Part shown: positions 28,653 to 39,468 of the stretch, piece by piece
How the letters are laid out: every line of letters begins with the position of its first letter
Numbering within the stretch: position 1 is the first letter of the stretch
Source: Candidatus Latescibacterota bacterium
GTDB taxonomy: Bacteria > Latescibacterota > UBA2968 > UBA8231
Assembly (NCBI GenBank): GCA_965223905.1
Contig: CBDCXV010000011.1
Location: forward strand, 64,001 to 128,000
Length of the DNA stretch: 64,000 nt
Reading direction: 5' to 3'
Position numbers and translations under genes: made by a program
The notes under the pieces: generated by a model
Databases searched by the model: none
Told to the model about the DNA's origin: nothing
Seen by the model: only the letters and a program-made list of their open reading frames with translations

Positions 28653-31600
28653 CTAACCGTTCAGTCCCCTGGCAGATTGGGGCCGGGGGCGGAATGGTCG
28701 CAGGTTGGTATTAGCGAATGGGCGGATGGGTGTAAAGGGGGCATAAAGTACGAGCGCAGAAAGCCTCGTGTGGGTACATTCGCCCCCCCCCCCCCCCCAC
28801 TGCCCGGATGAAACCGCGAGCCGGACGATGGCACGAGTATCGATTACGCCGAGCCCCGAACCGGGGACGATGGGGGGCCTGCAGGCCCTGTGGGATGAGC
28901 CTGCGCCGCGCACGCCGTTGCAGTTCCTGCAGCTGGAGAGACGCGTGTGCGCGGCCGCGGGTCGGCAGGCCGACGAGATCCTGGGACACCACCTGATCGG
29001 GGCGCACCAGGACGCGGCGTTTGTCGAGCAAGCGGTGGAGGCGGCGCGGCAGCGCCATGACGGGGTGCTGCGCCACAAAGGTCAGCGCACCACGTCGGTA
29101 TGGGTTGCCGGGCGGCGCGCTGTGCGTCGTGGAGACCCCCTACCTGCGACCGCAGACGCCTCGCCGGCCGGGTCGCAAGCGCACGCGGCGGGGTCCCACG
29201 GGCGCGGGCGTCTACCCGGTGCTGGAGGCGTTGGGGATCGCCCACCGGGTGTCTCCGGCCACGCGGAGCCAGATGGCCTTGTACACGGTACAGGCGGGCA
29301 GCTACCAGGAGGCGGTGCAGTTGCTGGCGGAGCAGGGGGTGCCCGTGGATGTCACGACGCTTCGGCGTGTGGCGCAGAGCACGGCTCGCGCCGACATCGC
29401 GCTGCGGGACGGGGCCTTGGCGCAAGCACGGCGCACCCCGGTGGCCGCGGACGGTCCGCTGGCCGGCCTGCGGGTGCGCGTCAGCATCGACGGAGGGCGG
29501 GTGCGCACCCGGTCGCCGCACCCGGGTCGCCGGACGAAGAAGGGACGCCACCGGTTCGACACGCCCTGGCGGGAGCCGCGCGTGCTGTTGATCGACGTGC
29601 TCGACCGCAACGGCCGGGCCGACCCGCTGCGGCGGCCTCTGTACGACACCCTGCTGGAGGATGCCGAGGCGACCAGGGCGCTGATCATCGGCTATCTGCG
29701 CCTGCTGGGCGCCGCCCACGCCCAGAGGGGGGTGTTCATCGCCGACGGCGCGGAGTGGATCTGGGAGCGCAGCGACCAGATCCGTCAGGAAGCCGAGATC
29801 CCCACCCGGCGCTGGGTCGAGGGGGTCGACTTCTACCACGCCAGCGAGCACCTGCACGACGCCATCGAGTTGGGTCGGGATCGCAACGCCTCGGAGCGCC
29901 GGCAGCAGTACGAAAGGCTGCGTCACGTGCTGCGTCGCGATGCGGACGGCGTCCACAAGGTCATCGAAGCCCTCCAAGCCGAAGCGCGCGGCCGGCGGGG
30001 TCGGAAGATGAACACGGCCATCGACTACTTCGAACGACACCAGCATCGCATGGCCTACGTCAAGCTGACTCGTCGGAAGGTGCCGGTGGGATCGGGGCCT
30101 GTGGAGAGCGCCATCCGCCGGGTCATCAACCTGCGCTTCAAAGCCCCCAGCACGTTCTGGGCCACCGAAACCGTCGCCGACCTGATGCATTTGCGCGCCG
30201 CCTTCAAGTGCGGGCGCTGGCACGAACTGAGGCACCGGGTCCTCACGCAGACCTTTCCCGTGCCCTCCTTCGCTCGGTTGCCCCGAGACCAGCTCGACAC
30301 CGTGTCCCCACAAAGAGCCAAAGAGGACCCGGAAAACCCCACGGCAGGCAACCCTGCAGCCGGTTCGCAGACGAGCCTGAACGCCCCCGTTCCGCCATCG
30401 CGTCCTTAGCGGATGACGGAGCGGGTTGAAGGCAGCAGCGAGGGCGCCGGCTGCTTAGACACGGCAGCGTGACAGGCCATTCTGAGATAGGCGAGGACGT
30501 TGCGTTGTTGCTGGCCCAGGGTATCGCGCACCGTGAGCAATCGCTCTACGAAGCGACTGCCTCCGGCACTGTGGGTGCCGAAGCTGGTGTGGCGCCACAA
30601 CACGCCATGGCGAAGCGCTCGTTCGGCTTCGTTGTTGGTCGGCTCGACGCCGGGGCGGCGTGCGAAGGTCCACAGGGCCGGCCCGAGGTCGAGGAGGTTA
30701 GCGCAGGTGGCCGCCGTCTTGGCGTCGGCGAACTGCTGCCCATACCCCAAGTAATTATGAAACCGCCCACGCAAGCCGCTGACGTAGACCTGGAAGCTGG
30801 ACCGTTGCAAGGTGCCGTCGCGGACCCGGTGCCACCAGGTAAACACCTGGTCGCTGGCGTCCAACAGCCGTTGTCCGACCCAGGCGGCCTCTCCGCCCCG
30901 GGCCACGAACTCCTCGAAGGTGCGCCGCAGATGAGCCCAGCAGACTTGGCGGCGTCGAAGCGGCAGATGCGCGTAGGCCGAATAGCGATCGGAGCCGACC
31001 ACCGCCCGGTTACCCGCACCCAGCACCTCATCGACCCCGTCGCGTCCACGGCTTGGGCGAATGGCGAACACGGTGACGCCGGCCGTGACGGCGGTCCACA
31101 ACCAGGCCTTGGCGCGGCGCTGGCGCCAGCCGGTCTCGTCGACGTTGACTATTCCCTGTCGGCGAACGAAGGCGCGCGCCTCCTCGACCGCACCCGCCAG
31201 GGCCGCGGCCACCTCCTGTTCCAGTCGGCTGACCGTACCCAGCGACACCTCCAGGCCGAAGGCGTCGGACAACAGCGCCCGGATAGTGCGCTTGCTCAGC
31301 CGGTAGGCCCCGGCCAGCAGGCCCACCCAGGGCCTGCACGCTGGGACCGAAGGTGTGCCGCGATACCCCCCCCCCCCCCTCGGGCCAACCGGCTTCGGTC
31401 AGGCGGTCGCAGTGACGGCACCGCAGGGTGTGCAGCTGATACTCGATGATCTGGGCCTGCACGGGGGGGAGGACGACTTCCTGGTGACGCTGCGGATGGG
31501 GATCGTGTCCGCTCAGCCGGTGTCCGCATCGGTGGCATGTACTCGGCTTGACGGGGATCAGTTGGTCCACTTGCTCGACCGATACCCACGAGCGGCCGTG

Positions 31601-31855
31601 CCCTTCGTGGCCCGGCTGCCCGCCCGGCGAGCGCCCCGAGGATCGGCGACGGGAGGCGTCGGTGCGCCGGCGAGGAGGAAGCGCCCGATTCCGACGAGGC
31701 GGCCCGGGCACCCCGACGGGATCGTCCCTTGCGGCGGGCCAATTCCTGCTCCAGCTCGGCGATCCGCGCCGCCTGTTGTTCCACGATCTGCTCAAGCTGG
31801 ACAATGCGCTGGCGCAGGTCGCTTTCGGAATCGCACTCTCAGGAGGTCTTTTCAT
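28653..31855 (-). mobile_element. IS66-family element (transposase 30406-31855, frameshifted; right end displaced to about 28653)
   Basis: GGQPGHEG, zinc finger, VDETGW, SDRYSAY, QVCWAHLRR, EPTNNEAERALR; IS66-type end (C)TAACCGTTCAG at 28653. Confidence 0.85.
28688..30409 (+). mobile_element. ISLre2/ISKra4-related (p-MULT) transposase element, frameshifted near 29100, nested in the IS66 3' end
   Basis: SIDGGRVR, IADGAEWIW, DFYHASEHL, GSGPVESAIRRVINLRFK; short inverted ends GGCGGAATGG and CCGTTCCGCC. Confidence 0.8.
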
Positions 31856-31945
31856 GGGGGTCGCCGTATCCGGAGAATCTGCAACACACAACCAATCCCG
31901 AAATACCGACAAACCCCAAAACCCGCGTAGGTATTTCTTTATATG

Positions 31946-32670
31946 GTGCGCCGTGACAAGGCGCCATCCTTCAGCGGGTGCGAATCCCGCCCGGCAACTG
32001 TCGCTCCAGCCGGTAGCAGTCGGAGCGGTTGAAGGAGGTAACGACTTCGACTGAAGCACTTCGATGAAACGGGTCGCCTTGGGCGACTCAGCGACCATGC
32101 GGGCCGCAATGCGAGGGAACGCCGAGCAGGCCTCGAAACAACTAATGCGGAAGCCGACCCGCCCGTATAACGGGGAAGGCTGCCACCGTGTCGGGAAGTG
32201 AGCGACGCACACACCGACCGGTTCCGCCGGGGTAGTGGCGGCGGCACGCAGGGAAGAGGAGGATGGAGGCAACACGGGAAGCCCCGGCGGTGGCGTGGCA
32301 CGCGCCAACTGACAACCCGCGAGGGATGGGTCGGGCCGTCCGGGGTGGCGGAGAGGCCCGTAGTACCGAGGAGGCCGGGTAATGCCGGTGGAGGAAAGGG
32401 GCCTCAGTTCGAGAGCAGCGTTGGAAGGAGGCCAGGACATGGGGACTGGCGAAAGCCTAATAGCTCCAAGTAGGGTACAGAGACTCCAGATGGCGCTACA
32501 TGCAGGGAAGGCATGATCTCGTCCGAGAGCCCAGTGCGGGAAACTCGCACGCTGGGTTCGATGAGCGGGGTGTGGAAACGGGGCATGTCAGGCTATTGAG
32601 GCACCGGCAGACGAAAGAGGCGGAAACAGATAGGCCGCTCCTAAACCACCGCGCCACATCTCGACTCTAC
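31946..32670 (+). ncRNA. group II intron (class E-like, IIB) with the IEP/RT ORF deleted
   Basis: 5' GTGCG, domain V GAGCCCAGTGCGGGAAACTCGCACGCTGGGTTC, 3' end CGACTCTAC, EBS1 CGTATA (32164-32169) pairs with IBS1 TATATG; IEP stub VQRLQMALHA. Confidence 0.9.
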
Positions 32671-32718
32671 CCTTTAAATCCTGCTGTCCGGCTGTCCAAA
32701 AAATGGGGTCCACCTCTG
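32671..32718 (+). mobile_element. IS3-family terminal remnant
   Basis: TGTCCAAAAAATGGGGTCCACCTC resembles IS3-family right inverted repeats. Confidence 0.45.
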
Positions 32719-33091
32719 GTCTTTGTTAGCTCGAATATGGTTTTCATTCCCCTCAGATACTCTCCTCGGGGTTCGGGCCAATAGTACCAGGGGAAAGTTC
32801 AACCTTCCGCCAGGAGCAACCAATACGGGGGGAAGAAGTGGGCCAGCGAGGTTCTCCAGGGAGAGTCCGACGAGTACCTGCGAGCCTGGTTCAGTTGGCG
32901 TAAGTACCGGTTTGACAAGAAGATGCAGAGAAGACTATTTTTGCCGACCCTATCGACGCTTCCCGCTCCGTTCCGTACTCTGCACTCTGTACCAAATCCC
33001 TGCGGCCCCTTGAGGATTGAAAAACGCCTAGACCTTGAAGCGGTTAAAAGACAGTCGTGCAAATGATCGTAATACAACCTGACAGCCTATC

Positions 33092-34906
33092 GTGACAGAT
33101 TCGAACAAGCAGATCTTTACGCGCAACTTCTGCATTATCGCCCATATCGATCATGGCAAATCTACCCTGGCCGATCGCCTTCTCGAGTATACCGGAACGC
33201 TTGCTCCCAAGCAGATGCAGGACCAGGTACTCGACAACATGGACCTGGAGCGCGAACGCGGAATCACCATTAAGGCGCACGCCGTCCACATGCAACACCG
33301 GACGCCGGGCGGCGAAGAGTATGCCTTCAACCTGATCGATACCCCCGGGCACGTAGACTTTGCGTACGAGGTTTCGCGCAGTCTGGCCGCCTGCGAGGGG
33401 GCTGTTCTCGTCGTCGATGCGACTCAGGGTGTGGAAGCACAGACCGTGAGCAACCTTCTGCTCGCAATGGGTCACGACCTGGCCGTAATCCCCTGTATCA
33501 ACAAGATAGACATGCCAAGCGCTCAGGTAGACAGCGTTCGCCAACAGATCGCCGACCTGATCGGGGCAGGAGCCGATGATGAGTTGATCTGTATCAGTGC
33601 AAAGGAGGGGATTGGGATCGAGGAGGTGGCCGCGGCAATCGTCGATCGAGTCCCGCCGCCTTCAGGTGTGGAAGAAGGTCCGCTGCGGGCGCTGATTTTC
33701 GACTCCCTCTACGACCAATATCGGGGCGTCATCTGTTTCATCCGCGTCGTGGATGGAGAGATTTGCATAGGCGGGAGGATACGCTTCCATACCACCGGAA
33801 GAGAGTACGAGGTCGAGGAGATCGGGCGACTGCGAATCGAGAGGATTCCATGCGATTCCCTGCAGGCGGGAGAAGTCGGGTACCTGATTGCCGGCGTTAA
33901 GAAACTTTCAGAGGCTCGGGTAGGTGACACTGTAATCGGCTCGGAAGCGTCGACGGTCGCACCTCTGCCGGGATACATGCCGCTCAAGCCAATGGTTTTC
34001 AGCGGCGTATACCCGGTCAACCCGGACGAACACGCCGAACTGCGGGATGCGCTGGATCGACTGGGGTTGAATGACGCCGCTTTCACCTATGAACCAGAGA
34101 CCTCGCCGGCGTTGGGGTTCGGTTTTCGTTGCGGATTCCTCGGACTTCTGCACATGGAAATCGTTCAGGAAAGGCTGGATCGGGAGTATCGCATCGACAT
34201 CATCACCACCTTGCCGAACGTCCGCTACGAAGTCTCCACCAGGAAGGGAGAGGTTGTGGAGGTCGACAACCCCTCACTGCTGCCGTCCCTGTCGGAGATT
34301 GACGAGATTCGCGAACCCATGCTGGACGCGCAGATACTCGTTCCCAGCCAGTTCATTGGCAGTGTCATGCAGATTTCGGAAGACCGCCGCGGTTCGTACG
34401 TCAACACCGAGTATCTGGATGGCAGCCGAGCGCTCCTCCATTACGAGCTGCCTCTCGCTGAAGTCGTCGTCGATTTCTACGACCGGCTGAAGTCGGTGTC
34501 GCGGGGGTACGCGTCGTTGGACTACGAGCACAAGGAGATGCGGGCAGGCCCCCTGCAGCGGGTCGACGTACTGATCAACGGAGACCTGATGGACGCACTG
34601 GCCGTGATCATTCACCGCGACAAGGCGCAGGATTGGGGGCGCCGGTTGTGCGCCAAGCTCAAAGAGCTGATTCCGCGGCAGATGTTCGAAGTGGCGATCC
34701 AGGCGGCGATCGGAAGCAAGGTGATCGCACGCGAGACGGTAAGGCCCTTCCGCAAGAACGTGATCGCCAAGTGCTACGGAGGCGATGTAACGCGTAAGCG
34801 CAAGCTGCTCGAGCGCCAGAAGGAGGGCAAGAAGCGAATGAAACAGTTCGGCAACGTCGAAATCCCTCAGGAGGCCTTCCTGGCCGCGCTAAGAATCGAG
34901 GACTGA
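33092..34906 (+). CDS. lepA: elongation factor 4
   Basis: AHIDHGKSTLADRL, DTPGH, NKID, KCYGGDVTRKRKLL. Confidence 0.98.
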   Translation: MTDSNKQIFTRNFCIIAHIDHGKSTLADRLLEYTGTLAPKQMQDQVLDNMDLERERGITIKAHAVHMQHRTPGGEEYAFNLIDTPGHVDFAYEVSRSLAACEGAVLVVDATQGVEAQTVSNLLLAMGHDLAVIPCINKIDMPSAQVDSVRQQIADLIGAGADDELICISAKEGIGIEEVAAAIVDRVPPPSGVEEGPLRALIFDSLYDQYRGVICFIRVVDGEICIGGRIRFHTTGREYEVEEIGRLRIERIPCDSLQAGEVGYLIAGVKKLSEARVGDTVIGSEASTVAPLPGYMPLKPMVFSGVYPVNPDEHAELRDALDRLGLNDAAFTYEPETSPALGFGFRCGFLGLLHMEIVQERLDREYRIDIITTLPNVRYEVSTRKGEVVEVDNPSLLPSLSEIDEIREPMLDAQILVPSQFIGSVMQISEDRRGSYVNTEYLDGSRALLHYELPLAEVVVDFYDRLKSVSRGYASLDYEHKEMRAGPLQRVDVLINGDLMDALAVIIHRDKAQDWGRRLCAKLKELIPRQMFEVAIQAAIGSKVIARETVRPFRKNVIAKCYGGDVTRKRKLLERQKEGKKRMKQFGNVEIPQEAFLAALRIED

Positions 34907-35652
34907 TGGCGGCGCGGGCAAGACCTGCCGCTAGCGGGCGCGGTACCACCACGAAAAAAAGAGCGAGCCCGGGAAGGCTGGTGCGTAGGCAGACAAAGGG
35001 GAAGGCAGGGAGAAAAGCTCTTGTAATCATCGCGGTAGGCGCAATGGGGTCGATGGCGGCTCTGTTTCTCGACAGTTACCGGATTCCTTCCCGATCCATG
35101 GAGGACACCGTTCTCTATGGCGACTACCTCCTGATCGAAAAAATCTCCTATGGAGCCGAGATTCCGTTCACAAACCTCCGCTTTCCCTTCGTGCGGGCCC
35201 CGCGCCCCGGAGACGTGGTGATTTTTCGGGCGCCGGACAGCCAGCGGCTGTACGCCAAGAGGTGCGTCGCCGTAGGCGGGCAGAGAGTGGAGGTAAAGAG
35301 GAAGGTGCTGTATGTAGACGGTGTCCGGCCTCGGGATCCACCGTTCTCCAAGTACCAAGATCCCCGTGTATACGAACCCTCGCAAACTCCCAGAGACAAC
35401 ATGGGCCCGATCGACGTTCCCGACGGCCATCTGTTTCTCGTGGGCGACAACCGCGATAACAGCCGCGACAGTCGTCACTGGGGATCCCTGCCTAACGAAC
35501 TCGCCGTCGGGCGCGCGCTCCTTGTGTATTGGTCGTCCGAACCCGAGGTCCCGAACTTTGGGGACGAGAACGCCCGCGTTTTCCTTTTCGAGTCGGTTCG
35601 CTCTCTGCCTTCGCGAATCCGATGGTCGCGGCTGGGAAGGGCGGTTATTTAG
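34906..35652 (+). CDS. lepB: signal peptidase I
   Basis: IPSRSMEDT (Ser), YAKRC (Lys), GDNRDNSRDSRHWG; follows lepA. Confidence 0.93.
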   Translation: MAARARPAASGRGTTTKKRASPGRLVRRQTKGKAGRKALVIIAVGAMGSMAALFLDSYRIPSRSMEDTVLYGDYLLIEKISYGAEIPFTNLRFPFVRAPRPGDVVIFRAPDSQRLYAKRCVAVGGQRVEVKRKVLYVDGVRPRDPPFSKYQDPRVYEPSQTPRDNMGPIDVPDGHLFLVGDNRDNSRDSRHWGSLPNELAVGRALLVYWSSEPEVPNFGDENARVFLFESVRSLPSRIRWSRLGRAVI

Positions 35653-35658
35653 GGGAAG

Positions 35659-36831
35659 ATGCCCGCCTCCCTCCACAGGAAACCGAACCGGGTGGGGCTG
35701 TACGTACATATTCCATTCTGCCCGCAGCACTGTCCCTATTGCGGCTTTTCGGTGGTCGTGGGAAAGCGATCCCTCCACGGGCGCTACGTCGATGCAGTCT
35801 GCAGGGAACTTGCCCGCCGAGGGGGGGAGACCGGAGCCCCATTTGCGACCGTGTTTTTCGGCGGTGGAACGCCAAGTCGACTCGACCCCCGGCACCTTTC
35901 CCGGATCCTCGAAACCGCTGACAGCGCCTGTGGGATCGAAGCGGATTGCGAGATCAGCATTGAGGCAAATCCGGGAAGTGAGGATCGGGACCATTTCGGT
36001 GACTTCCGGAAGATCGGGATCAACCGCATAAGCATCGGCGCCCAGTCGTTCTGCGATTCGAGCCTGAGAAAGCTCGGTCGTCTTCATTCCGCCGCTGACG
36101 CGGAGGCTGCGTTCGGATGCGCTCGATCCGCGAGGTTCGCCAGCGTCAATATAGATCTGATCTTTGCGGTTCCCGGGGTCCCTCGCAGCGATTGGCTGCG
36201 GACCCTGGATACCGCCTTGCGGCTCTCCCCCGACCACGTATCGACCTATTCGCTGACTATAGAGGAAGGGACGGCGCTGGAGAGGCAGGTTGCTTCAGGT
36301 CGCGTACTACCGCAATCACAGGAGGAGGAGGCCGAGCAGTTTTCCCTGGGGATCGAAAGGCTGTCGCAAGCGGGGTACGAGCAGTACGAGGTCTCGAACT
36401 TCGCGAAGCCCGGCCATCGTTGCCGTCACAATTCTGCATACTGGTCCCGTGGGGAGTACCTCGGCGTCGGCATGTCGGCGCACAGCCACCTCGGGGGAGT
36501 TCGCAGTTGGAACCACGCGAATCTGCACGACTACATAAGGGCAGTGAAGGAAGGGGAGACCCCTGTAGCTGGACAGGAGGTAATCGACCTGTCCACCGAA
36601 AACAGAGAACGCCTGTTTCTGGGACTGCGCACCAGGGACGGAGTGGCCTTGTATGAATATGAGCAGTTGCGGCTCGGGCGGGAGTTGAAGCGGATTCCAC
36701 TGGTGACGGAGGGCTATCTCGAGATGGGTGACAGCCACTTGCGGCTCACCGCAAAAGGGATTCCGGTGGCAGACGCGATCAGCGTCGAGATTGCGGAGCT
36801 GTTCGAGCGCTGCGTAGGGGAATCGGCGTGA
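35659..36831 (+). CDS. hemW: radical SAM heme chaperone HemW
   Basis: YVHIPFCPQHCPYCGF, GGGTPS, YEVSNFA, HNSAYW. Confidence 0.92.
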   Translation: MPASLHRKPNRVGLYVHIPFCPQHCPYCGFSVVVGKRSLHGRYVDAVCRELARRGGETGAPFATVFFGGGTPSRLDPRHLSRILETADSACGIEADCEISIEANPGSEDRDHFGDFRKIGINRISIGAQSFCDSSLRKLGRLHSAADAEAAFGCARSARFASVNIDLIFAVPGVPRSDWLRTLDTALRLSPDHVSTYSLTIEEGTALERQVASGRVLPQSQEEEAEQFSLGIERLSQAGYEQYEVSNFAKPGHRCRHNSAYWSRGEYLGVGMSAHSHLGGVRSWNHANLHDYIRAVKEGETPVAGQEVIDLSTENRERLFLGLRTRDGVALYEYEQLRLGRELKRIPLVTEGYLEMGDSHLRLTAKGIPVADAISVEIAELFERCVGESA

Positions 36832-37736
36832 GCGTTCGCGTGAAAGTGCCCGCCTCCACCGCAAACCTGGGACCGGGCTTCGACTGCATCGGACTGGCGC
36901 TCGCCCTCCACCATACTCTTGTCGTCAGTGAGCTGCCTGGAGCCGGTGTCGATGTCTCCCTGATCGGGGAAGGCTCCGAGTCGCTTCCGAGTGACGAGAC
37001 CAATCCGATCTTGATAGCCATGTCCGCGGTCTTTGAAGAAACCGGGTACAAACCTGAGCATCTACGAGTCGAGTCTGACAATCGCATACCTATGGCGCGG
37101 GGTCTTGGCAGCAGCGCCGCAGCGACGCTGGCGGCCTTGGCCGCAGCTTCCGCCTTGGCTGTAGGCGAGGTCGACCGGGAACAACTGCTGGCGCAGGCAT
37201 CGGCCCGGGAGGGGCACGCCGACAACGTCTGTGCCAGCCTTTTCGGAGGTTTCTGCGTGACCGCTCACGCAGCAGGTGCAGGCGATTTCGTGCGACTTTC
37301 CGGGCCTCCGGGATTGGAGGCGGCGGTAGCCATTCCGGACTTCGAACTGGAGACGATCCCGTCGCGGGCAGCTTTGCCCGCCACAGTTGCCTTCGACGAC
37401 GCGGTTGCCAACCAGGCCCGGGCCGCCCTTCTCACCGCCGCGGTCGCCTCCGGTGAAGTCGAACTGCTGGCCTGTGCGATGCGGGACCTGCTGCACCAAC
37501 CGTACAGGGTCGGGCTTGTCCCCGGAATGCAGGCGGTGTGCGACGCCGCTGTGGAAGCAGGGGCCATCGGAGCGGCGCTGAGCGGTTCCGGCCCATCTGT
37601 GCTCGCCCTCGTTAGGGCCGGGGACGAGGTTCCCGGAAAGGCGATGCAGGAAGCCTGGAGAAACCATGGCATCGAAACCCGAGTTCTGCAGCTCCCTTTC
37701 GACGACGCTGGCATGGTAGTGGAAATCCATGGGTGA
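36828..37736 (+). CDS. thrB: homoserine kinase
   Basis: VPASTANLGPGFD, PMARGLGSSAA, EGHADN, LSGSGPS. Confidence 0.95.
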   Translation: MSVRVKVPASTANLGPGFDCIGLALALHHTLVVSELPGAGVDVSLIGEGSESLPSDETNPILIAMSAVFEETGYKPEHLRVESDNRIPMARGLGSSAAATLAALAAASALAVGEVDREQLLAQASAREGHADNVCASLFGGFCVTAHAAGAGDFVRLSGPPGLEAAVAIPDFELETIPSRAALPATVAFDDAVANQARAALLTAAVASGEVELLACAMRDLLHQPYRVGLVPGMQAVCDAAVEAGAIGAALSGSGPSVLALVRAGDEVPGKAMQEAWRNHGIETRVLQLPFDDAGMVVEIHG

Positions 37737-38949
37737 ATCCGAACACGGTCTCCGCGACGAGCAGAACCTTCTCGACTACCTCTTCGTACTGGTCAGGTGG
37801 CGCCGCTTCATTGTGGTATCGACACTGACTGTTACGATCGCCGCGGTTGCCACGAGTCTGGTGCTGCCCCAGACCTGGACTGCGCAGACGAAGCTGCTCC
37901 CTCCCGAAGAAGAAGGAGGCGCCCGGATGGGGCTGTCTCTCTTGGTTGGGAACGCGATGCCGGCAGGTCTTCGCGGTCTGGTGGGCGGCGCCACTCCATC
38001 GGAGCGACTGATAACCCTGCTCGAAAGCAATAGAGTCGCCGGCGGTATCGTCGACGAGTTCGAGCTGGTCTCCCTTTACGGAGTGCCCCACCGCGACAGG
38101 GCGATCGAAATCCTGCGCGAGCAGATCGAATACGTAATAGAAGACGACGGCTCGCTGACGATTCGTGTCAGCGCGGATGATCCCCAGCTTGCCGCGGATC
38201 TGACCAATGGGGTGGCCAGGCAGCTCGACAGCGTCAATCGCCAGTACAAACGCCAGCAGGCACGCGACCTGAAGGAGTTCCTGGAAAAGCGAATCGAGCT
38301 GACCGAAGAGGAGCTCAGGCTGAGCGCGAAGTCGTTGCAGTCGTTTCAGGAGCTACACGGGTTGGTCGATCTCGAGGCCCAGACCAGCGCCGCCGTCGAT
38401 GTCCTGAAGGGAATCGTCAAGGAGTTGGCCGAACTCGATTTCGAGCTAAGCCTGTTGGAGCTCCAGCTGAATCCCCAGCACGAAGACCGAAAGCTGCACG
38501 AGTTGAAGGTGACCGTCCTGCGGGAGCAGGTGCAACAGCTCCAGGGGAATTTGGCAGTGGCGGGGAGCGACCCTGGACAACCGGGATACGCGGAGCCGCT
38601 CGAGTTTCTCGGTCCACCTCTTCGGGAACTTCCCAAGTTGATGCTCGAGCACTCCGAACTCACCCTCGCAGTCGAGTTACGCGCGGAGATCATCCGTTTC
38701 CTCGGGACCAAGTTCGAAGAGGCGAAATACCGCGAGGCCCTCAACACTCCCACCCTGCAGATCCTCGACCCGGCGACCCCTCCCCGTACCCGCAGCGGCC
38801 CACGCAGAACCCTGATGGCAGTCGGAGCCTTCGCGGTGAGCGTGCTCCTCAGCGGGGTTCTGGCGTTTCTCTTCGAGTCCTTTTACCGGTTGGACGGGGA
38901 AAACCAGGACAAGCTCGCTTCCATCCGCAGGGAGCTCAAAGGTCGATAG
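37729..38949 (+). CDS. Wzz/GumC-type polysaccharide co-polymerase
   Basis: Two terminal TM helices, coiled-coil centre, LQILDPATPP..SGP GNVR-like motif. Confidence 0.8.
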   Translation: MGESEHGLRDEQNLLDYLFVLVRWRRFIVVSTLTVTIAAVATSLVLPQTWTAQTKLLPPEEEGGARMGLSLLVGNAMPAGLRGLVGGATPSERLITLLESNRVAGGIVDEFELVSLYGVPHRDRAIEILREQIEYVIEDDGSLTIRVSADDPQLAADLTNGVARQLDSVNRQYKRQQARDLKEFLEKRIELTEEELRLSAKSLQSFQELHGLVDLEAQTSAAVDVLKGIVKELAELDFELSLLELQLNPQHEDRKLHELKVTVLREQVQQLQGNLAVAGSDPGQPGYAEPLEFLGPPLRELPKLMLEHSELTLAVELRAEIIRFLGTKFEEAKYREALNTPTLQILDPATPPRTRSGPRRTLMAVGAFAVSVLLSGVLAFLFESFYRLDGENQDKLASIRRELKGR

Positions 38950-39183
38950 TTCCACCTCGTCGCCGGTCGAGGTCTTCAATCGGCCGAATCTGCGTACTTC
39001 CGGAGTAGGAACCCTATCCTGATGGATATGGTAATGAGGTCAGGTCGCTGCCCTGGCTGCTTTCACACAAGAAGTTCCCAGGCAAAAGAAACCTCGAGAT
39101 TGCAATGAGGTGGGGAAAGGACGACGCGCCGCCTTTGGGACGGCAAAACGGACTAGTGGCGAGCAGGGCACCCGGGCGGTGAA

Positions 39184-39269
39184 TGGTGGGGGGAGCAGGA
39201 TTCGAACCTGCGAAGGCGTACGCCAGTAGATTTACAGTCTACCCCCGTTGACCACTTGGGTATCCCCCC
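39184..39269 (-). tRNA. tRNA-Tyr (GTA)
   Basis: GGGGGGA/TCCCCCC acceptor stem, anticodon loop CTGTAAA, long variable arm, TTCGAAT, encoded CCA. Confidence 0.96.
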
Positions 39270-39468
39270 TTCCGAGGCGGCAGAAGAAGGTAGCTCACCG
39301 CCCCGAAGTGTCAACAGATCCACTCCTTGGCACCGGTCTACTCACCGTCCCGATACCCCGGTATCCGTTGCGCGGGCAACGGGGTAATTTGCCGGGTTGC
39401 GGCGGTTTCTCCAGTTTTGATTTGCAGCGATTCACAACCCCAGTTTTTCCGAGGAGCATCGATCTGAT

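Noticed and set aside
22499-32670. Diversity-generating retroelement acting on the paralog array
   Set aside because: Differences between copies are not adenine-restricted and include indels; there is no RT or Avd gene; the RT-related element is a group II intron lacking its ORF
31028-32784. ORFs 31028-32440, 31939-32301 and 32500-32784 as proteins
   Set aside because: They read through structured intron RNA; only the IS66-derived portion is coding
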